Shown here in pieces: positions 51,501-60,730 of a stretch of 64,000 bases of DNA. The notes under the pieces are model-generated. The model was not told the origin of the DNA and ran no database searches. It saw nothing but the letters and a program-made list of their open reading frames with translations. Source of the DNA: Euglena gracilis (taxonomy: Eukaryota); assembly GCA_039621445.1 (NCBI GenBank), contig CP154954.1, forward strand, positions 42,153,572-42,217,571, read 5' to 3'. Every line of letters starts with the position of its first letter. Within the stretch, counting starts at the first letter, position 1. A program made the translations under genes and the position numbers.

Positions 51501-54500
51501 TTTTCTCAAACCCCAAAATGTGGGTCCTTCCCAGCTGGGGCAGCCCCCATCCCACCCCCCAACCGGCCAATGGGCACCCTCTGCCCAGCCCCGGCCTCAG
51601 CGTCGCCCTCCAGATCGCCCTGATGCCGGAGGAGGGCCTCGTGACGGGCAGCGACCGTTACGGGGTGCTCTACACCGCTGGCCACGACCGCCTGCCGGCA
51701 CTCGGGCTGTGCTTTGCGGTGGGGCTCGGCCGCCCTCCTCCTTCGGACTCCGACAAGGGGAGGCGTCGGGGGGCTGCTTCCACTCTTGCATAAGGTCACC
51801 ATTCGTATTCGGGCTTTCAATCCTGTTACAAGAGTGGTGCGCCCTTTTCATGGTCATCCCTCTGACCGCCCCCTGTGGGTGTTGTCAGTCTATGGTATGA
51901 GGCTGCCTCCTTCCCGGTTGGGAAGTTGCAGTTGCGGGAGGTCGGCCGGCCGCGATATCGGAGGAGGACACCCAGGCAGAGGGGCTGCGGCTGGTGCTGA
52001 CCTACATCGAGCGGCAAAACAATTTGACAAACACCTCGCAGGAAATCTTGGGCAGGCCTTGCCTTGTGCAACATTGTACACACCGTCACCCTTTTTGCCT
52101 TGCGGTCAGGTTCAATGGCGCAGTCCTATTTTTGTGTTCATTTTCTATGCATGTCCACTTGGTGGGTCAAAAATTAAAGCAAGTGATTCAGTGGGTTGTC
52201 CTTTTTTTTATAATTTCCAACTGCTTTTTATGGCCACATTCACAATGACCTGACAGGAAATGCCAAATGGACGAGGGAAAAGTACAATCGGGGGTAGACA
52301 GCATTAAATAAAAGGGTTTTTTTGTGGACATTGGGGAATGGAAATAATTCTCTCCCACTTGTGAAATTTGGCCTTTACACTTAATTTTGATGTAGGGTGC
52401 CCTACCCAAAACACTTGTGGTCATTTGACTTGTGCCAAATCTGAGGATCTGTACAAACCGAGAATCCGTGAGCAAAGAATAAGCTGTGTACTCAATGTAC
52501 AAATATCAGTGGGCATAGGCGTCTTGGCCAGCCCCAGGAGGATTGGGAGTGGATCCAAAATGCCCCATACTTCTCCAGGTTTTGGTTCCAAAGCCTCTTG
52601 TATGGGGACAGTAGGGTGTGGAACCTCAGTCCACCAAACCCAGGAATCAAAAGCATAGCACTGCAAGCATTACGGGCCTGGGGCTTGGAAAATCAAAACA
52701 ATTGGATTAAGGCGTCAGCCACTTGGTCTGTGGTGGCTTCGTGGGGGGGGACCCCCATTTACTCCAAAATTACCCACAGAAGCGTAAACACATTCTGGTA
52801 ACGCTTCAAACTGGGGTTTCTTCCCAGGAAATCGTTAATGGTTTGAATCTGTGCTTGTTTCCCCTCCAAAATTTGCCTGAGCAAATTTTCCTATAATCCT
52901 AAAATCCTTTGTCCAATACACCTTTCTCACCCTCGGGGTGAGCCACTCTCAAGGGGTAGTTGTTCCACACACAAAAGACAGGCGATGGAATATGGTCATT
53001 TTTGGGTCTGTTTTGCAATGAAAGATCACAAAAAATGACTGCCAGAAGACCAAAAATATTGAGATTTACCATCATTTTCTTTGAGATGTTTGATTTCCCC
53101 ATTCTTTTTTCAGAGAACCAAAATTTTTTGTTATTTGCTTTTTCTGTATTTCTTTCTGTATATTCCATTTGTCTCCAAAGTTTTTTTGTCTTCTTGTGTT
53201 TTGAACGGGGATTAAATATTTTTTTCCCATCTGTGGTAGCAACTGCTTGCTCAAGGTGCTGAAAATTGAAGTCTTTTCTGAAGAAAAATAAAATGCACAA
53301 GAGATAAAACGAAAAAATTGTAAAATAGTTGAATGATTGTCCCATTGAACTGCCCCAACTTCTGTCAGTTCCCTCCAGCAATCTGGCAGGACCCTTGCCA
53401 CCTGAATGGAAGTTGTTAGGGTCCCCACGTCGGCAGTCATGGCGTGGCTGGTCCACCTGCCACTTGGGTGCCCGTCACACCCCCATTCCTCGGAGGCAAC
53501 GGCGTGCCGCGGATGGCGAAGGCCGTGGCGGGGGTGCGGCAGGCGGACATCGATGGGCCGGAGGACTTCCGGTACCTGACGAGCCTGCGGTTCTCCAGCC
53601 AGTGCCGCCCGCCACCACTGCCCCCCCCCCCAAAGAAAGACAACCTAAAATTGTCGGAGTTCTGAAAGGGATTGGGGTTAGGGTTTGACGAATAGGATGA
53701 AATGGACCAGAATTCATGCCTAAAGTCGGACCACTGTTACACTTAACTGCCTAATTTGGCCTAAATCTTTTCCCTGATCCTTTTCCCAACGCCAACCATA
53801 ACCCTGACCCTATCCCTGCGTGTTTGAAAAGTGGACCCCCATTTAATTTGAATCCCATCCATAAAAGGGGTTATTGTTATTTTTTATTTGTGCGTTTTAT
53901 AATTTGGGAATTCATCCCCCGCCAGTCGGGCAGATGCTGATGAGAGAGAGATGCTCTTTCAGCTTGAAAGAGAGCACATACCATACAGGTGTGGGTGTTT
54001 TTATTCCAAGAGGATTGTTTGGGTACAAACAACAGTTGTACCCACGACACCAGCAGAATATCACATGAGAAATGAATCAACGGCCAACAAAAATAATTAC
54101 ATGCATATCATATGTGTAGATGGCAGCTCCCGCATATATATCTACATATAACATGCATAATCCTTTAATCCCATAATCCATTAATCCATGCATGATCCGA
54201 TAATCCTTTAATATATAACTGCACATATCCTTTATAAATGAATTCACCAATCGTTCGTTTTTTTTATGTATGTTTTTCCCCATATTTTTTCTTCCCATGA
54301 TTTTTGCACCGACTGCAACAGCCCCATGCCCATTGTTGCTGTGCTGTGGCCCGGAGCACCCCCCCCCCCCCCCGACCCCCACTGGGCAGGGCGGCGCCCG
54401 CAAAGTCTGCGGTGCGGGGAGGGGCTTGACGCCGCCGCCCCCATCCTCCGTGCCCTGCAGGGGGAGTCGGGCGTCACGCTGGGCGACGACTACCGCCCCG

Positions 54501-57500
54501 TCCTGGTCATCTCGGCGTACACGTACCTCCCGGCCCTCCAGGCGGCGCTGGAGCTGAAGGTCGCCCACGGGGCTGCACGTTGGCTCTGCAACAGGTGGGA
54601 AGCACTCCCCAGCCTCCAGCACTGTGACAATGCACACTACACGAGGTCTAAAGCACACCCCCAGGGTTGACGTTTTCTTTAAAAAAAAACACAAAAAAAC
54701 ACGTTTTCTAAAATCAACTAAATTTTTCCCCTTTTTTTTAAAACTGCAAAATGCACATTTTTGGTTCAAAAACACCTTAGGCGGTCGACTTCGCACTTAA
54801 GCTGTTCAGAAGTTCTTTGCGCAATCGCACCAGTTCAGAAAATAATTTTTGTGCTCCATCCTTCGCTAGCAAAACGAGGTTCATCCCCTTTTTGTGCTTT
54901 CGACTGGGCTGACTCCGGCTGGTTTTTAAGTGGCCTCTGGGAGATGCCCAGCCCCAACCCCCCCCCCCTTCTTTGGCTAGTGGCACGTTTTTGGCGATCG
55001 ACAGAGACGATGTCTAGCAACCTGAGAATGGGGGAAAACACACAAAAACACTTTTTCCCCTTGGTGCTGGCACAAAAGCCTTGTGGAAAAAAGGCCCCCT
55101 TTTCGTTTAAATCGGCGAAAACCCCGTGAAAGAGGTTTCTGAAAAGCTTCTTTCCCCCCATTTCCTCCCAATAGAAGAGCGGGGCCGCTGTAAGCGCAGG
55201 GTCCAAATAAGGCGCTCCCCCGCGACGGTCCGCTACAAGTCTCAAGTCCGCTACAAGCCCCCCATTTTGATGGAATTTCTAAAGGAAATCAACAAAAATC
55301 ACGCGGCTAGGGTCCAAATGAAAACGTAACCCCCCGCTGTAAGTGCGCCAGCGCTTGTGCTAGGGGGGGGGTCGACTTTGGGATCAGGGGATGTGGACCA
55401 GTGAAGAAAAGCCACGGAGCACCAGTTTGGGAAGGTTGAGAGGTCTGGAATGTGGGGAGAGAGTTATTGATGTTTTCAGGGTGTCGGCAGGCGTGAGTGG
55501 TGAGGGCACCGGTTACAGCCCACAACCGGCCAACGGGGAAGGGCTCTGGGAGCCAGGGTTGGAAGATGTGCTAAAGGACGTTTTCCCTGGTTTTAGAGGA
55601 TGGAAGTTGGCGCCGCGTCTTTATTGTGAAGTGGAAGGGGACATTGCCACTGAATGGGATGTTGAAACAATGGAAGCTCTTGCACAATGCGCAAAAGAGT
55701 TGGTGTGCCGAGTTGTTTGTTTCAAACTGAGTCATGCACCCCCTGATTTTCATGGGGAAATGAAGCTGCTCGGAAAGGCCGACAGGATCCACTGCTACAG
55801 ATGCCTTGGGGACAGGCGTGGCAAAACACAGTAGGAGATAAATTCTGTCAATCTGTCAACAGTATCAGAAGCCCTTGTTTTCACCGATATGTAGAGTCCA
55901 TAGAGTAAAGACTTTTTTTTTCAGCACCCCGTGGGAATGGGAAGTGAAGAATTGTATTTATTTTTGAAACTCAGTTGCGCAATTGCGCAAGTGTTTGAAA
56001 TTTACACGCCTTTGCGCAATTACGCAAGCAGCTTTTTGGTTTTTGTTTGCGCGGTTGTGCAACGAAAGGGCGATAGGACTCTGGACATCCCGAACCCGTC
56101 ATTTTTGTCCCAAACGGCAGCCATTCTGGCAGCAGTTGTTGCCAGGCAGATACTCTTCGGAGCTTGTGAACTTGTCGATCAGCTCCCAGGTTCTTATCTG
56201 TGAAATTTGACTGCGTCTGAATGCGGCTCTCCCAAAAGGGCGAAAGGGGGAAAAGATACGGAGGAAAAAATGATGGGAAAAAGAACGATGGGAATAATTG
56301 GGGCACCCAATCATTTATGTTTCCCATCATTTTGCCTGGACCGTAAAATTAGGATTTCCAACATCAGATTAGGATTTTGGCTCCAAAAATTAGGAATATC
56401 TGGTGGTTTTCCAAAGAAACCTTTTAAGTCCACTTCACCCGAAATGGATTTGGCCAAGTCCACTTTACCCCAAAATGGACTTGGCCAAGTCCACCTTACC
56501 CCAAATGGACTTGGCCAACTCCATTTTACCCCAAAAGGACATTGCCAAGTCCACTTTACCTCAAATGGACTTGGCCAAATCCACTTTACCGCAAATGGAC
56601 TTGGCCAAGTCCACTTTTCCCCAAACGGACAAAATATTTTCTTAGAACCCTAGATGACAAATTAAAACAACAACAACAATAGTTATTTTTTGAAAAATAA
56701 CGTTTTTTTTAGTAAAAAAACTATCAACTTTGGCAAAAGGCCAAGCCATTTGCAAAAGAAATGCTGACAAACTGGACCAGACAGATGGCTGATTGTTGGT
56801 CATCATTCTCAATTTTTTTTCAAGAAAATCGCCCAGTCAAATTGAAGGCACAGTGACCTTGCAAGAGGAAGCGAAGCACTGCTTGGTCACTTGGCGTGAG
56901 CGATCGCAAGCAACCCCTGTACTCGTGGTCACGCTGCCCAAAGAAATGCTCCAACAGGGTGCCTTTCTGTTTGCTCTCCAAACCAGGACGTCCTCGGCGA
57001 TCCCCGCCGCCCTGTGTGGGGGATGCCTCCGAGGCCGAACAGCCCTCCATCACCGTGGCCAGCCGCCCAGGCTGGGGTGCCCCCCCAGTTGCACTGAGGC
57101 TTCTTGTCCGTTTATGACTTAACTTCGCTTCTGGCCCAGTTTGTGTGGTGTGTCTGGGGTGCCCCCCCCCCCTCCAGCAGGACGGCTGTGGTGGGTGGGG
57201 CGGGGGGGGGGCACCTCGTGAGACAGGGCTGGGCCGGGCCACCCCCCCCCGCCGCCCACCCCGGCGCTGCGGGCCGCCTGGCGCTGCTCTGTGTGGAGGC
57301 GGCGGCGTGCTGCCTGGTCGCCCTCGCCTTCATCATCAAGGCCATTGTGGCGTGGATCGAGAAGGTGTGGGCGGAGGGCCAGCGCACGGTGCGGGACCAG
57401 CGCCGAGGCCGGCCCCCGCTTTTTTTTTTTTTCTTTTTTTTTTTTATTTTTTTGTTTTTTTTTCCTTTTTTTTTTTGCCTTTTTTTTCTTGTTTATTTTT

Positions 57501-57607
57501 TTTGTTTAATTAGTTTTTTGGTTTTTTTTTTTCTTTTTTTTTTTTTTTTCTTTCTTTTTTTTTTTTTATTTTTCTTTTTTTTTTGTTTTCTTTTGTCTTT
57601 TTTTTTT

Positions 57608-57658
<51 letters not shown>

Positions 57659-58330
57659 TTTTTCTTTTTTTTTTTTTTTTTTGCCTTGCCCCTTGCCCTG
57701 GGCCCGTGGACACCGCCGGGTGGGGGACTGGGTGGGGGGAGGGCAGCCCCTGTCTCAGCATCATTTTCCCCTTTGGGGGGCGCTTTGGGGGGGCGTTGGG
57801 GCCGCTGTTTCCGCCGCCCGTGTCCCCCTGGGGGCGGCGGGGGCGTTGTGGGGGGCGGCCTCCCGCCGGCAGCAGCTGCTGACCTTCCTGGACCGGATGT
57901 ACCCGGCGTCCGTTGGCCAGCCTGCCGGTCACAAGCCAGCCCTCCTCAGCCGCAAAATCCACCCCTACCCCTTTCCCCAGGCCAATGATCAAACCTGTGT
58001 TTGCAGGAAGAGGATGATCAACGGATGAAGTGTGCCAAAAATGTCCTACAGCAAACGGGCAGCACCGCACCGCACAACAGCGTCGCCCACACTGCCCCCG
58101 TGACCGGCCGCCTGCCGTTGCCCGGGACCTCATCCTGACGCGGCCGCGGTGCGGTGGTATGATCAGCTTCATGGTGGCGGTGCCCCACGCCTCCGTCGTG
58201 TTCGCGGACATCCACGGCTTCACCAGCACCTGCCACCGCCTCACCGCGCAGCAGCTGATGGCCGGGGCTGCCCCAGTTCCAATGCGCTTTTCGTTCTCTG
58301 GCCTCCATCTGGCCCAAAGCCTTCCTGATG

Positions 58331-58396
<66 letters not shown>

Positions 58397-60688
58397 AAGA
58401 ATGGTTCATGCGTGCGGGTGTGTGTGCACTTGTCCTTCATGTGCATGCAGGTTGACCAAAGATTCTCAAACAAAATTTTTGGTAAGGACACAAATTTTGC
58501 TGCATTTTTTTTAACTGTAATTTCCAACCGGTTTCCCAACCAGGCGTCCGTTCAAGGGCTCCCAGCCAGCACCTGCCCGTGGGTTGGGCCAGATCCCGAG
58601 GCAGACCTTCCTCGGGTACACGTTCAGTGTGATGGACGTCGTGGCCAGCCGGGCCGGGATGTGCCGCGTGAAGCTGGTCGGGGACTGCTACATGGCGGTG
58701 GCTGGGCTGCCGGGCAGCGCTGACACGCCGTGCCGCAGCGCCGTCTTCTTCGCCACGTGGTGTGCCCAGGTCTTCAGCGACCGGCCTGCCCGCTGTGCAT
58801 GAACCCGAGCTGAGTCGTGTGGGGAATCTCACTGTCTTGACGCCAAACCCCACTGGTGTTTGTTTTCACCTGGCCCCTCCCCATGCCTGACAGGAATGGT
58901 GGCATGGTTGGTGTGATTGATCCCCGGGCCACGCATAATCCCTCTTTGATTTGACAAATGGATGATTGGAAACGAAGGAGGGGTGCCCGCCTGGGCAGGC
59001 ACTCCAAGGCACTCCTGATCCGACCTCCCCCCCGTGGGGGGTAGCGCACACGGCCAAAAGTGCCCTAGCACAGACCCCAGCGCCGAAGGCGCAGGGGAGC
59101 CAAGAATGGCCTATTTTCAAAAGAATGTGCCTGGGCACATGCCGAAATCAGACCCCATTAGTTGCACTAAGGCTTCTTGTCTGTTTATGGCTGGCGCCAA
59201 CTCCGCTTCTGGCCCAGTTTGCTGTGTAGTGGAGAAAGTTGTCAGACAGTCATGGTCCTCGCCGAAGTTTCCTGGGAGGGGCAAAGAAAGGGAACATGAC
59301 AGCTTGACATCGACCACCCCAGCACACCTTTTTGCCAGGAAGAGGTTCAAAGTATCATGCAAGCGTCATTCTTCCTAGCACAGGTATTTGCTTTTTGTGG
59401 TGTGTTCATTTCATTTTTTTTTGGTCATCAGTTTAGCTGTCTCAAAGCGTGGTGAGGGGGGTCGTCAGAAGGCAATGTGCAACAGCAGTCTTAGCGAGCC
59501 TTTTTGCTTTGTTCTGTCTCTTCCCTGTTTCGGGGGGGGGGGGTGGGCATGGAAGGCCATTGCGGCACAGGGGGGCAGCGGGCGCTACACCCACCCGCTG
59601 CAGAACCAGGCCACCATGGACGGATTGGCCGCCTTGGCTTGCAACAAGGGGCCCTGGCCGGACCCGTGGCGCACCGATTCCACCACCACCAGTGAGATCG
59701 GGGCCGGGCTCTATGGCTTCGCGTATGTGTGTACGTGCGTTCGTGCGTGTGTCCATTTGTGCATTTGTGCATTTGTGCATTTGTGCGGTGCGGTGCGTGT
59801 TTGCGTGTGTGTGTTTGCGTGTGTGTGCGTGTGCGCGCGCGCGTGTGTGTGTGTGTGTGTGTGCATGTGTGTTCCGTGTGTGCCCCAAGTGATCGGTGTG
59901 TTTGCCATTAAGAAAGGCTTGCGCCGCTGCCTTGATGCCTGCCTCCGCCCTCAGTGGCGCTGGGCGAAGTGAAGTGCCGTCCCTGGTGGAACCCGCAGGC
60001 CATGACGCTGGCCGGCCACGGCACGCCGTGCGTCCTGCGGTACGGCATCGCCACAGGCCGCGTCACGGCGGGCGTCCTCCCCGGCAACACCCCGCCCGCC
60101 CCGGCGCTGCTCCCCCCCCTACGACCCACCCCCCTGGTCGGAGGAGAGATTATCATTGGAGGGGACAGTCCTGTGTTTCTGCATTCTTGTGGACACTGCC
60201 GCTGCTGTTTTCGCCCCTGGGTGTTGCTAACCGTCAAAAGCCAAGAGCAGGCATCAACTCAAACCCGCCAATGCAGCCAAGTCTGCCCCGAAGATGTTCA
60301 GCGGGTAGTTTTGTTGCCCCAAAGTGGTTGACTTTTGCTTTCCACCGCGGCGCTGCTTTGCCGCTGTTGTGTGATGCCGGGGGTTCCGCCTGCCTGGCCT
60401 CTTCCAACCCCCCCCCCCCCATGCCTCGTCCCTCCGGCCACGCGGGGGCCGCCGGGATCCTGGACGTGTGGGGCAAGGTGGTCACCTTCGCCAACCAGAT
60501 GGAGCGCCTCAGCCAGCCGGGGCGGGTCCTCCTCTGCTCCCAGACGTACAAGTCTGTCACGCCCAGGGCGGCGGGCAGCCTGCCCGCCCGGCAATGACGT
60601 ACTCCTTTAGGGGGCGGCGACCTCTGGAAGGGGGGACAGGTGTCCTTGCCACCAGGTAAAGGTCAGACAGGGAGACAGACACATACAC

Positions 60689-60730
<42 letters not shown>

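Noticed and set aside
56403-56645. Repeat protein (MDLAKSTLPQ)n
   Set aside because: A 30-bp hairpin tandem repeat inside an intron, with no evidence of exon boundaries.
57104-58244. Poly-Phe and poly-Lys ORFs
   Set aside because: Translation of an intronic poly-T tract; only the flanking exon parts are coding.
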